From: an uncultured cyanobacterium
GTDB lineage: Bacteria > Cyanobacteriota > Cyanobacteriia > Pseudanabaenales > Pseudanabaenaceae
Length of the DNA stretch: 64,000 nucleotides
Assembly (NCBI GenBank): GCA_963703315.1
Contig: OY969811.1
Span: 3,040,001 to 3,104,000 of the forward strand
Direction: 5' to 3'
Shown: piece by piece, positions 1-10,174 of the stretch
How the letters are laid out: each line of letters begins with the position of its first letter
How positions within the stretch are numbered: position 1 is the first letter of the stretch
The notes under the pieces: generated by a model
The model's database searches: none
What the model was told of the DNA's origin: nothing
Seen by the model: the letters and a program-made list of their open reading frames with translations, nothing else
Program-made: the position numbers and the translations under genes

Positions 1-424
1 ATTCCCTGTGCAACTCGATGACGCATTCGGGTTAGCCTCTGACATTGCAGTAATCTCAAAGACATTCCCGCCAACAAAAAGCAAAGTGCTGTGTTAGGTT
101 TCATGGTCAATTCCATTCCATAGAAACCACTCTTGAGCAAAGTGATGTCAAATTGCCAACCCAGTATTACAAAACACCCGATAGCAATAACAAATAGACT
201 AGTTATCTGAGAAATGCGGTTGTTCATAAGTCAGTTGATTGGGTTAAGAAAATTCTCCAATTCACAAAGTCTCCATTCAGTTATCAGCTTTTACTAGTAT
301 TTATGATTTTAGTAGAGATTGAAAGCGATTATTTAGATTGAAAAAGCTTGTAGCCTAATTATTCAACTATACTATTTGTTTATAGACTGACTAATGATGT
401 CATAGGGAATTAGGTTATTTCAGT

Positions 425-2575
425 ATGATTAGCGAGACGGCTAATAACTATAAAGGCAACATTTTAATTGTTGACGATCTACCTGATAACTTGCGCTTAC
501 TTCGAGATACATTGAGCGAACATGGTTATAAAGTTCGTAGTGCGACCACAGGAGAAATGGCAATCAGAGCCGCGCAATCCCCAGCAACAGAACTAATTTT
601 ACTTGATATTAAATTGCCCGATCTCGATGGTTATGAAGTATGCCAAAGATTAAAATCTGATGATCGCACTACCGATATTCCTGTCATTTTCTTAAGCGCC
701 CTCAATGCCACTTTAAATAAGGTGCAAGGACTAGCTGTGGGAGGAGTCGATTATATAGCCAAGCCCTTTCAAGTCGAAGAAGTATTAGCGCGTGTTGAAA
801 CACATCTCACAATCCGACGACTCCAAAAAAGTCTTCAAGAAAAAAATCTACAACTTGAGGAAGAGATTGCGGAACACCAGCGTCTCGAAGATATCATTTT
901 TGCGGAAAAGGAACTGGCGCAGGTAACCTTACAATCAATTGGTGATGCCGTGATTACCACTGATGCTAAGGGGCATATTCGCTATATCAATCCCGTAGCT
1001 GAGCATCTCACGGGTTGGAAAGCTCAAGAGGCAGAAGGACTTCCTTTATTGACTGTCTTCCAAATCATTAATGAAGTCACCAGAAAGCCTTGTGAGAATC
1101 CCATCAACCAAGCTCTGTTAGAAGAGAGAATAGTAGGCTTAGCAAACCATACGATTTTGATTGCACGGGATGGTACAGAGTATGCCATTGAGGACTCAGC
1201 CGCACCAATTCGCGATCGCCTTGGCAATATCATCGGCGCAGTCTTGGTGTTTCATGATGTGACAGAAGCACGTCACCTTAACCGTCAACTCTCTTGGGAA
1301 GCTAGTCATGATGCACTGACGGGTTTAATCAATCGTCGCGGATTTGAGGATAAACTAGTATCAGCGATCGCCTCTGTCCAAAAGCATGAACAGCAGCACG
1401 CCCTCTGTTATCTAGATTTAGACCAGTTCAAAGTCGTTAACGATACCGCAGGTCATATTGCTGGCGATGAGCTACTGCGCCAAATCACCGCACTGTTACA
1501 AAAAGGAATTCGCGCTAGTGACACACTAGCTCGTTTGGGAGGTGATGAATTTGGGCTTTTACTCTCACAATGTCCTCTGTCTCAAGCGGCTCAGATTGCA
1601 GAAACCATCAAAGACCTAGTACATCATTTTCGATTTGTTTGGGAGGGCAAAACCTTTATGATCGGTGTCAGCATTGGTGTTGTGGCGATCAATCAACCCA
1701 GCCAAAGTTTGATGGAGGTGATGGGGGCAGCCGATGCAGCTTGTTATGCTGCTAAAGCTAAAGGTCGCAACTGTGTCCATGTATATCGTCTAGATGATAG
1801 TGAGTTAATTAAGCAACGTGGGGAGAGACAAATAGTTTCTCAAATCAGCAGAGCGTTAGAAACCAATCGTTTTTGTCTCTACCGTCAAAAGATCATCTCT
1901 CTTACTGCCAAAGCATTAAGAGAACATTATGAAATTCTGATCAGAATGGTGGATGAAAATGGAGAATTAGTATCTCCTAATGCATTTATTCCTGCTGCCG
2001 AAAGCTATGGCTTGATCAACGACATCGATTGCTGGGTAATCGAAACATTTTTTTCCAATTATCATAAATTACCTGAGCCGCAAGCTGGTAAAGGCTTGTA
2101 TACAATCAATCTATCGGGAGCAAGTGTCGGTAACAATCAATTTTTGAAGTTTTTAATCGAACAGTTTCCTCGCTACCAAGTCCCCCCACAGAGTATTTGT
2201 TTTGAAATCACGGAGACAGCCGCGATCGCTAACTTTGAGCAAGCGAGATATTTCATCGGTGAACTTAAAAAGATTGGCTGTAGCTTTGCCTTAGATGACT
2301 TTGGGAGTGGATTGAGTTCCTTTGCCTATTTAGTAAATTTACCCGTTAATTATCTCAAAATCGATGGTGCGTTTGTCAAAAGTGTTAGTCATAATTTAAT
2401 TTCCCAAGCGATCGTTGAAGGCTTTAATCGCATTGCCCATGCCATGCATCTAGAAACTGTGGCTGAATTTGTGGAAGATGAGGCAATCTTAGAAAAATTA
2501 CGAGAGATTGGAGTCGATTATGCTCAAGGCTACGTGATTTCGCATCCCATGCCTATTAATTTCAATGCCTATTAA
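425..2575 (+). CDS. Receiver-PAS-GGDEF-EAL diguanylate cyclase/phosphodiesterase
   Basis: N-terminal REC (ILIVDD...LLDIKLP), PAS, RLGGDEF, EILIR and LDDFGSG motifs. Confidence 0.93.
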   Translation: MISETANNYKGNILIVDDLPDNLRLLRDTLSEHGYKVRSATTGEMAIRAAQSPATELILLDIKLPDLDGYEVCQRLKSDDRTTDIPVIFLSALNATLNKVQGLAVGGVDYIAKPFQVEEVLARVETHLTIRRLQKSLQEKNLQLEEEIAEHQRLEDIIFAEKELAQVTLQSIGDAVITTDAKGHIRYINPVAEHLTGWKAQEAEGLPLLTVFQIINEVTRKPCENPINQALLEERIVGLANHTILIARDGTEYAIEDSAAPIRDRLGNIIGAVLVFHDVTEARHLNRQLSWEASHDALTGLINRRGFEDKLVSAIASVQKHEQQHALCYLDLDQFKVVNDTAGHIAGDELLRQITALLQKGIRASDTLARLGGDEFGLLLSQCPLSQAAQIAETIKDLVHHFRFVWEGKTFMIGVSIGVVAINQPSQSLMEVMGAADAACYAAKAKGRNCVHVYRLDDSELIKQRGERQIVSQISRALETNRFCLYRQKIISLTAKALREHYEILIRMVDENGELVSPNAFIPAAESYGLINDIDCWVIETFFSNYHKLPEPQAGKGLYTINLSGASVGNNQFLKFLIEQFPRYQVPPQSICFEITETAAIANFEQARYFIGELKKIGCSFALDDFGSGLSSFAYLVNLPVNYLKIDGAFVKSVSHNLISQAIVEGFNRIAHAMHLETVAEFVEDEAILEKLREIGVDYAQGYVISHPMPINFNAY

Positions 2576-2640
2576 CTTCAATTAAAATAATTTGATTGTA
2601 TCAAGGCTTAAAAGAGGCGATCGCGGCGGATATTGATTGG

Positions 2641-3285
2641 TTAAGGCGCAATTATTTTGGCAATGCATCGCAAAATTTTTAGTACAGTCGGAAGATGATT
2701 ATCTGGGGGCGAAATAGAAAATAGAGAAGATGGCGCGTATTGTGGTGGTTCGGTAGGTGAGTTGGGATGATTTAGTTTCAAAAAGCGATATTCGCCGCCA
2801 TTAGTAATTAACCCAAAAGTAGTTTTGGATGAGTTAGGGCTTGCGAGCATATAGGCTAGGGCTTGGGGCAATGCTTTGTGTAAGGAAAAGCTGCTACTTT
2901 TGGACTCGATGACTAGTACCCACAGATTTTGTTGGATTACGAGAATATCAATACGTCCTCGATAGATGGTTTCTCCGTCATTAGTGGTTATTTCGACGGA
3001 TTCTTCATCAGCGATCGCAAATTGAGAGCTATAAAACCCTGCCAGTTCGAGTAATGGGGACAAAATCGCCATTTTGATGATGTTTTCTGAAACTACCGAT
3101 CGCCGATTAATGCGGTCATAAAGTTCGGTAATTCTTTGCAAGTTTTCGCGATCGCTTTCTGTCAAATTTGGCAAATCTTGCTGCCATTCTAAAAAGAAGT
3201 TGCGATCGTCGTTACGTTGTAAGAGAAAGTCTTGTTCTAGTCTCTCAAGACTTGTTTCTTCAGAAATTCGGAGAAGTTGAACCAT
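2641..3285 (-). CDS. PD-(D/E)xK nuclease, HsdR N-terminal-like cyanobacterial family
   Basis: GRIDILV...VIESK...QALAYM...GLITNG pattern. Confidence 0.7.
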   Translation of the reverse strand: MVQLLRISEETSLERLEQDFLLQRNDDRNFFLEWQQDLPNLTESDRENLQRITELYDRINRRSVVSENIIKMAILSPLLELAGFYSSQFAIADEESVEITTNDGETIYRGRIDILVIQQNLWVLVIESKSSSFSLHKALPQALAYMLASPNSSKTTFGLITNGGEYRFLKLNHPNSPTEPPQYAPSSLFSISPPDNHLPTVLKILRCIAKIIAP

Positions 3286-3533
3286 AATTTCAATTTTTCT
3301 TATTAGGATTTGATTACAGATTTTTAGTTCACAAAAATATCTGTTTTATCTTCGATACATCCAACTAAACCAAGTTCTGTAAATATTCTAAGTTGCTACC
3401 TATTAAAACAGCGTTACAAAGTACTACTTTTTTAATAGGGTAAAGTTAACAGGGTGAAATCCGAATAACGACACAGGTGCGTGATGATGACATATCAGTA
3501 CAATAGACTGAGAGTAAATCGTAAACATAAACT

Positions 3534-4130
3534 ATGATCCCAACCGTAATCGAACAATCTGGTCGTGGCGAAAGAGCCTTTGATATTTTTTCGCGTCTGC
3601 TGCGGGAGCGGATCGTATTTTTGGGACAGCAGGTTGACGACAGTATTGCCAACATCATTGTTGCTCAGTTGCTATTTCTGGAAGCCGATGATCCCGAAAA
3701 AGATATTTTCTTGTACATCAATTCCCCAGGGGGATCTGTGACCGCAGGGATGGCAATTTACGATACGATGCAGCACATTCGCCCTGATGTTTCCACCATT
3801 TGTGTGGGTCTAGCGGCAAGTATGGGCGCTTTTCTGCTCACTGGTGGCGCAAAGGGCAAGAGACTATCTTTGCCCCATACTCGGATCATGATTCACCAAC
3901 CTCTCGGTGGCGCACAGGGTCAAGCGACGGATATCGAAATCCAAGCAAAAGAAATTCTTTATCACAAGAATCGCCTGAATGAGTTGATGGCTTTCCATAC
4001 AGGACAGCCCATCGAGCGGATTGCCGATGACACCGATCGCGATTTCTTTATGGCTCCTGATGAAGCTAAAAATTATGGACTAATTGATGAAGTTGTCAAC
4101 CAACGTCCAAAGTTTGAAGTCGCTGCTTAG
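3534..4130 (+). CDS. clpP: ATP-dependent Clp protease proteolytic subunit
   Basis: [31 protein letters not shown]. Confidence 0.98.
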   Translation: MIPTVIEQSGRGERAFDIFSRLLRERIVFLGQQVDDSIANIIVAQLLFLEADDPEKDIFLYINSPGGSVTAGMAIYDTMQHIRPDVSTICVGLAASMGAFLLTGGAKGKRLSLPHTRIMIHQPLGGAQGQATDIEIQAKEILYHKNRLNELMAFHTGQPIERIADDTDRDFFMAPDEAKNYGLIDEVVNQRPKFEVAA

Positions 4131-4138
4131 AATATTGC

Positions 4139-4173
4139 AAACAAGAAGGCTCACGATGTGAGCCTTCTTGTTT
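4139..4173 (+). terminator. Hairpin after clpP
   Basis: AAACAAGAAGGCTCAC-GAT-GTGAGCCTTCTTGTTT perfect inverted repeat. Confidence 0.7.
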
Positions 4174-4302
4174 ATGGCTATTGACTTTAATCGCAACTTA
4201 ATTGCAAATATATAGGTCATCATTTTCTATCAAGTTGCCTCCTATGGAGGCAACTTGATCAAAGGTCATCAAAATACTTTCGGGTGTGTGGAGGTTAAGT
4301 GT

Positions 4303-5673
4303 ATGAAATTGTTTGGTACGGATGGTATTCGTGGTCACGTAGGCAAATTTTTGACGGCGAATCTAGCCCTAGAGGTCGGCATTAGTGCAGGCAAAATTTT
4401 AAAGGAACGGGTTGACCTTGATCGGACTAGTAAAGCAAAGGTCATTGCGATCGGTCAAGACTCCCGCACATCGGGCGATATGCTTTCTTCAGCAATCTCC
4501 GCAGGTTTGACGGCGGCGGGTTGGGATGTGTGGCACATTGGGCTATGTCCTACCCCTGCGATCGCCTATCTCACTGCCAACTCTCCCGAAATCTTTGGCG
4601 GTGTGATGATTTCCGCCAGTCATAATCCCCCAGAAGATAATGGCATCAAGTTTTTTGGAAACAATGGCACAAAGCTGTGTGGGGAAACGCAGCAAGCGAT
4701 CGAAGCTCTATTAGAATCACGCATTCACGCCGATCTAGTCAATTCATCGACGGATTGGGGAAAATATCACGAAAAGGCACATTTAATTTCTGACTATCAA
4801 GATTCTCTCCAAAATTCGATCGCTACAGATTTAAACGGCATCAAAGTAGTTCTTGATCTTGCTCATGGTTCTGCAACTCGCGTGTCATTGGAAGTATTTC
4901 GCAACTTGGGCGCAGAAGTAATTTGCTTGCACCATGAACCTGATGGCGATCGCATTAATGTCAATTGCGGCTCTACGCATCTCGAACCCTTACGCGCCGC
5001 CGTAAAAGAACATCATGCTGATATGGGTTTTGCCTTTGATGGTGATGCCGATCGCGTATTAGCAGTTGATAGCAATGGACGTGTCGTTGATGGCGATTAC
5101 ATCTTGTATCTATGGGGACAAGAGTTACTAGAAAATAATCAACTCCCTAACAGTGCGATCGTCACAACGGTGATGGCAAATCTTGGCTTTGAACGGGCAT
5201 GGCAAAAGATTGGCGGTAACTTGGTGCGTACACCTGTTGGAGATCAATATGTTCATGCAGAAATGGTGCGATCGGGCGCAATGCTGGGCGGCGAACAGTC
5301 AGGTCATGTTCTATGTCGTCATTACGCAGTTAGTGGCGATGGTTTGCTAGCTGCACTGCATCTCGCTGCCCTTGCCAAGCAAAAAGCCCCCTTATCCGAA
5401 TTGATGGACCAAAGTTTTCATCCTTTTCCACAACTACTCAAAAATGTGCGTGTCGAAGATCGGGAATTGCGCCGCAATTGGCAAACCTGTGATGCTCTCG
5501 TACAGGCGATCGCTTTAGCCGAACAAGATTTAGGCGATCGGGGTCGCATTTTGGTACGTGCTTCTGGCACTGAGCCATTAATGCGAGTGATGGTGGAAGC
5601 AGAAAGTCTTGAACTCGCAACCCATTGGACAGATAGTTTGACAGGGCTGATTGAGAAGCAATTAGTTAAATAA
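4303..5673 (+). CDS. glmM: Phosphoglucosamine mutase
   Basis: [38 protein letters not shown]; start moved to ATG 4303. Confidence 0.95.
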   Translation: MKLFGTDGIRGHVGKFLTANLALEVGISAGKILKERVDLDRTSKAKVIAIGQDSRTSGDMLSSAISAGLTAAGWDVWHIGLCPTPAIAYLTANSPEIFGGVMISASHNPPEDNGIKFFGNNGTKLCGETQQAIEALLESRIHADLVNSSTDWGKYHEKAHLISDYQDSLQNSIATDLNGIKVVLDLAHGSATRVSLEVFRNLGAEVICLHHEPDGDRINVNCGSTHLEPLRAAVKEHHADMGFAFDGDADRVLAVDSNGRVVDGDYILYLWGQELLENNQLPNSAIVTTVMANLGFERAWQKIGGNLVRTPVGDQYVHAEMVRSGAMLGGEQSGHVLCRHYAVSGDGLLAALHLAALAKQKAPLSELMDQSFHPFPQLLKNVRVEDRELRRNWQTCDALVQAIALAEQDLGDRGRILVRASGTEPLMRVMVEAESLELATHWTDSLTGLIEKQLVK

Positions 5674-5703
5674 AAAAAGCCGCGCAAAGCGCGGCTTTTT
5701 TTA
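5671..5703. terminator. Bidirectional palindrome whose ends are the stop codons of glmM and the Uma2 gene
   Basis: TAAAAAAAGCCGCGC-AAA-GCGCGGCTTTTTTTA. Confidence 0.8.
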
Positions 5704-6273
5704 AAACTCCACATCTTCATAAATCTCAGATAAGCTAAGCTCGATGCCCAGTGATGACAATTTGATTTGATTCTCTAGTTGAGAATATTCTATCAATAAC
5801 CACTGATTAGCGCCCTGTTTGACGTAATGCTCAACATGAGGCTGGTTTTGCTCCACTAATAGATATTCCTGAAAGCTAGAAATTGTCCGATAATCAGCAA
5901 ATTTTTCACCACGATCATAGTTTTTAGTCGATTTCGATAGAACTTCAGCAATAAAAATTGGCTGTGTCACCGTATCTTTGCGTCCCTCTTGCAAGGCGAT
6001 CGGACGTGGTACAACCATCACATCAGGGTAAGTATGCACTTGGCGATCGGGAATCCACAGTCTCTGATCGGTCACAAATACCTGTAAGGGTTTACCCCGC
6101 AGCCCTAAACTAAGCAATACCGTCATTGAGCGAACTAATTCATTATGCGTAGGCGTGCCGCCAGTCATTTCTATAATCTCTCCTTGGCGATATTCATGAC
6201 GGTTAGTCGCTTCGAGTTCTAAAGCTAGATATTCTTCTGGTGTGAAGGTTTTAGCGGGAGTGGCAACGGTCAT
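5701..6273 (-). CDS. Uma2 family endonuclease
   Basis: TPEEYL...HEY..GEIIEMTGG, YPDVMVV, EVLSKST..YDRGEKF..Y. Confidence 0.92.
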   Translation of the reverse strand: MTVATPAKTFTPEEYLALELEATNRHEYRQGEIIEMTGGTPTHNELVRSMTVLLSLGLRGKPLQVFVTDQRLWIPDRQVHTYPDVMVVPRPIALQEGRKDTVTQPIFIAEVLSKSTKNYDRGEKFADYRTISSFQEYLLVEQNQPHVEHYVKQGANQWLLIEYSQLENQIKLSSLGIELSLSEIYEDVEF

Positions 6274-6462
6274 ATCTTCGCCTCCACAATTTAACTGTAG
6301 CAATCAGTTTATACTAAAGCTCAAAATCTGGCGGTAGCCAGATTTCAAAGTTAAGCATTATCGCAATTGTCACAAGTTGCTATCACGTTAAGATAATGAC
6401 TTTAGAATAGTCAGTGCTTTGCGCTGACTATTCTAAAGTCATTCTGGTTTTCCGCATTTGGG

Positions 6463-8757
6463 GTGCTAATGCAAGGTTTAAAGTTTTTTAAAGGATTTTT
6501 TCAAGTGCGTCATCTGGTGAAATTTGGCGCGATCGCCATGACCTCACTTTTGATAGTTCTATCACTGAGTGGACTATTTCCGCGATCGCTGGCTGCTCAA
6601 TCCACAGAAATCGCGATCGCCGTATCTGTCCCCCTAAGCGGTGATGGCGCAAGTGGTGGGCAGGAAATCGTCGATAGCGTCAAGTTATATATTGATGCGA
6701 CCAATCAGCAGGGCGGTATCAACGGTCGAAAAATAAAGCTATTACCTTTCGATGACAAAGGCAGTGCTGAAGCTGTGAAACAAGTTGCTCCTGAGATTGT
6801 TAAGAGTAATGCCCTAATTGTCTTGGGACATCGCTCCTCTGATGTATCGATCGCCGCAGGTAATATTTATCAAGAGGCAAAATTACCAGCAATTACTGGC
6901 ACTGCGAATAGTGAGCAAGTCACCAAAGATCGTCCTTACTATTTTCGGATGATCTATACCAATCCTGCCCTTGCCAAAACTCTATCGCTTTATGCACAGC
7001 AGGTTTTGCAGTTCAAAACCGCTAGCATTATTTACGACAGTGCCAGTAAAAATGAGCAGTCCCAATCGGAAGTGATTAAAGCTGCCTTTGAGACTAATGG
7101 CAATGGCAAAATTCAGCGTACTTGGGCGATCGCGGCTGACCCGAATAATCGTAAACAATCGATCCAGCAAATTGTTAATGAATTGGCGGCTGAACCTGAA
7201 GCGGGAATTATCTTTTTGACCTTGACTAAAGAAGATGTCGCTGAAGATTTACTGGTCGCGCTCAAACAAAAGGGAATTAAAAATCCGATCTTAGGCGAAC
7301 AAGCTTTAGGAAGAGAATCCTTTGCCAAGCGGTTTGAGAAATATGATGAAGAGAAGAATAACATTGGATTCTTTACCGATGGAATGTATGTGCCATTACC
7401 GATCTTGTTTGATAGTGCGGGTGCTGATGCTCAGGACTTTCTTGCCGCATATCAAAAAGCCTATGGCAAACCTCCCTCTTACTTAGGAGCTAAATTCTAT
7501 GAAGCCGCGATCGCCGCAGTCGATGCGATTCGGAAAGCTAATCCGAAATTAACTGATTTAAAGGGCGATCGCGAACAGGTACGTGCTGAACTTGATAAGC
7601 TCAACAATCGCAAAGTGGGACTGCGGGGTTTAACGGGTCTACTCTATTTCAATGCCAATCGCAACAGCGATCAGCCTGTCCGTCTAGCCCAGTTTGAAAA
7701 TCATCGTCTGGTTTCGGCGGCTCAACAGTTCACACCCGTAACTACGCCTGAACGTTTGGATTTAGCAAAGGAAACTCAAGCAGGCAGTATCGTCCAATCT
7801 GGCACACAGTATTTCTGGCGACAGCGTGTGGTTTACGCAGGGTTGGATATCAATAAACTGAATCGCATTGATAAAGGTAGCTATACGGCAGACTTTTATG
7901 TGTGGTTCCGCTATAACGGCAATGACCAACCGACAGAAATTCAATTTCCTGAAGCTGTTAGCAACAGCGTTAATCCCAATGCACCAGTATTTGATGCCAA
8001 AGCACCGATCAAAGCCGAATTGGTGAATGGATTGAACTATCGTCTCTATCGAGTACGTGGTGAGTTTCGGAATTCCTTCGACTTTCGCGACTATCCCTTT
8101 GACTCACAACGTTTAATCCTGCGCTTTGACAATCCTAATCTCTCAACGGAAAGATTGATCTATGCGATCGATACGATTGGACTAAAATTGCCGAAACCCG
8201 AAGCTCTAGAGCGTCTTCCATTTCAAGGGCTACAACTCTGGAATTTTAAAGATATTACCTACTTCCAAGATTCTTCAAGGGTTACTTCTACCCAAGGTGA
8301 TCCCGATCTATTTCAGTCCAATGCTCAAATTGAGTACCCCGGACTCAGTGTACGGATGTCCTTTCAGCGCAAAACTTTAGTGTTTTTGTCCAAGAATCTA
8401 CTGCCCCTGATTCTACTTTCACTATTAACTTACTGCTGCCTATTTTTCCCTTACACAATGTTTGTGCCACGCACGATGGCTCCCGCATCAGCATTGCTAT
8501 CGGGAATTGTGTTATTGCTTTCTTTTAACAATCAATTACCAGAAGTTGGCTACACAGTTGCCCTAGAATATGTGTTTTATGTCTATTTCAGTTTGTGTTT
8601 GCTACCAATTTTAGTAACGGTGATTGGCACAAAATTAGATAAAGATGGACATAAGAACGCATTCCGTATTCTGAATATTGGCTCATGGATTCTCTATCCT
8701 GCGATTATGCTTACCACGATCGCTAGTTATGCGATCGCCTACGGTAGCCGCCTTTAA
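6463..8757 (+). CDS. LIV-type periplasmic binding domain fused to a pentameric ligand-gated ion channel (Pro-loop) domain
   Basis: Signal-like N-terminus; PLSG...N..GGINGRKI...DD binding-protein motif; ADFYVWFR, DFRDYPFDSQ; four C-terminal hydrophobic helices with LPEVGY. Confidence 0.8.
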   Translation: MLMQGLKFFKGFFQVRHLVKFGAIAMTSLLIVLSLSGLFPRSLAAQSTEIAIAVSVPLSGDGASGGQEIVDSVKLYIDATNQQGGINGRKIKLLPFDDKGSAEAVKQVAPEIVKSNALIVLGHRSSDVSIAAGNIYQEAKLPAITGTANSEQVTKDRPYYFRMIYTNPALAKTLSLYAQQVLQFKTASIIYDSASKNEQSQSEVIKAAFETNGNGKIQRTWAIAADPNNRKQSIQQIVNELAAEPEAGIIFLTLTKEDVAEDLLVALKQKGIKNPILGEQALGRESFAKRFEKYDEEKNNIGFFTDGMYVPLPILFDSAGADAQDFLAAYQKAYGKPPSYLGAKFYEAAIAAVDAIRKANPKLTDLKGDREQVRAELDKLNNRKVGLRGLTGLLYFNANRNSDQPVRLAQFENHRLVSAAQQFTPVTTPERLDLAKETQAGSIVQSGTQYFWRQRVVYAGLDINKLNRIDKGSYTADFYVWFRYNGNDQPTEIQFPEAVSNSVNPNAPVFDAKAPIKAELVNGLNYRLYRVRGEFRNSFDFRDYPFDSQRLILRFDNPNLSTERLIYAIDTIGLKLPKPEALERLPFQGLQLWNFKDITYFQDSSRVTSTQGDPDLFQSNAQIEYPGLSVRMSFQRKTLVFLSKNLLPLILLSLLTYCCLFFPYTMFVPRTMAPASALLSGIVLLLSFNNQLPEVGYTVALEYVFYVYFSLCLLPILVTVIGTKLDKDGHKNAFRILNIGSWILYPAIMLTTIASYAIAYGSRL

Positions 8758-8791
8758 CTAAAAAAAGGAGGTGCGAAGCACCTCCTTTTTT

Positions 8792-9709
8792 TTAAACGGG
8801 TTTCTTATACCTTGTTAACCAACTAAAGAACAAAAGTGGCATGGAAACTGCCACTAAGGACTCTGCCCAGAAGAAGGATAGAAAATCAGTCAAACTACCA
8901 AGGGGAGGTACACCAGGTTGTAGATTGCGTACCGCAGGCAAGGCAAACAACATCCCTGCAATTAAGGTATACATCCCAAATTCAATGGGACGCGGCTGAA
9001 AAACGACAACTATAGTCATGATGAATACGACTAAACCAATGAGCCACATCGCAATCATCAAAAAGATGGAGAAAGATTTTGTAATCACCGATCGCGATAC
9101 TCTTACTCGAATCCCCATATAGCTATCGCTAGACTCAAATTCAGACTTAGGAATGTAATCAGCATCAATATTAAAGCCCGACAATGCTCCATAGAAATTG
9201 ATATTCATCGGAATATCTTCAGCTTCGTCTTTAGGGTTAGTAAAGAAGATATAAAAGTCAGAAGTATGGACATCAAAGGGATAGTCGCTAACTCTACCAC
9301 CGTATAGAGATACTGAGCCATTCACAGTTTCAGGAATGCGATTCTTTTCAAGGGTTACTTCCGATTTACCGCTTTCAATCCCTGTAAAAAACTTTAAATC
9401 TTGAGTTAGCCTACCATCCTTAGCAAATTTACCCTCTGGACTAGGCGCAAAGCGTAGATTTAGCTCACCTTTAATCGGATCGACTCCTAATAAACTTATG
9501 GCTAAATCGATACGATTGGCTGCTTTTTCATCACCAAAGGATTGATCTGCTGAGCGTTGAGTGCGATCGTTCTGATAGAAATATAAAGCACTAGAGAAAG
9601 AACCGATAAAAAGTGCCAAACAAACGATAATAATCAGAATCCTTTTGATCAAAAGTTTACGAGATGTTTCTTCCATATAATTTTTTAGATTAAATCGTTT
9701 CAGATGCAA
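8792..9709 (-). CDS. DUF4436-like membrane protein (Pro-loop-like)
   Basis: N-terminal TM, DYPFD, C-terminal TMs with LFALPAVRNLQPGVPPLGSLTD.LSFFWAE. Confidence 0.75.
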   Translation of the reverse strand: MHLKRFNLKNYMEETSRKLLIKRILIIIVCLALFIGSFSSALYFYQNDRTQRSADQSFGDEKAANRIDLAISLLGVDPIKGELNLRFAPSPEGKFAKDGRLTQDLKFFTGIESGKSEVTLEKNRIPETVNGSVSLYGGRVSDYPFDVHTSDFYIFFTNPKDEAEDIPMNINFYGALSGFNIDADYIPKSEFESSDSYMGIRVRVSRSVITKSFSIFLMIAMWLIGLVVFIMTIVVVFQPRPIEFGMYTLIAGMLFALPAVRNLQPGVPPLGSLTDFLSFFWAESLVAVSMPLLFFSWLTRYKKPV

Positions 9710-9870
9710 TCATATAGCGCTTTCACTCGATCAGCCTTGAGACAAAATACTTGGAAGAAACTTCATTGCAGAGAAATTGCAATCAAAAAGCGAATGTATA
9801 ATGAAAAATGTTGGAGGTTTCTTCAATTTGGGTATCTTTAAGACCAGTTCCCTGAAGTGTGACCATAAAA

Positions 9871-9974
9871 TAAGTAGCTAGGCATAAGTAAACTTAAAAC
9901 CTAGAAGCTTGTGCCGCCCGCTACGCGGGCGGCACAAGCGCTGGTTTTGGGTTTTAACTATGCTGAGCTACTTA
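9871..9974. repeat. MITE-like palindromic element, family A (TA-AGTAGCT...AGCTACT-TA)
   Basis: Terminal inverted repeats and central GC hairpin; relatives at 15024, 31531, 52778, 55898, 57084, 57354. Confidence 0.75.
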
Positions 9975-9996
9975 GCAATGCTATTTTGTCGTTTGG

Positions 9997-10099
9997 TTAC
10001 AGCACTAAGCGCTGAATGAAAACCCAGAGAAATTTTTGAAAGCGCCGCGAAGCGGCGCTTTCAAAAATTTCTCTGTACTAAAGGCTTAAAAGGCTGTAA
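9997..10099. repeat. MITE-like palindromic element (TTACAGC...GCTGTAA)
   Basis: Central perfect hairpin CAGAGAAATTTTTGAAAGCGCCGC-GAA-GCGGCGCTTTCAAAAATTTCTCTG; half-copy near 52591. Confidence 0.65.
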
Positions 10100-10174
10100 G
10101 TACCTAGATGATAAACATTTCCAAGATATTCCTTCAAATAGTTCACTAAACATTTTTAGTGGAGGTCTAGCCTG

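Noticed and set aside
1..130. Possible minus-strand gene start at the window edge
   Set aside because: Too short, and no recognisable motif to choose a frame
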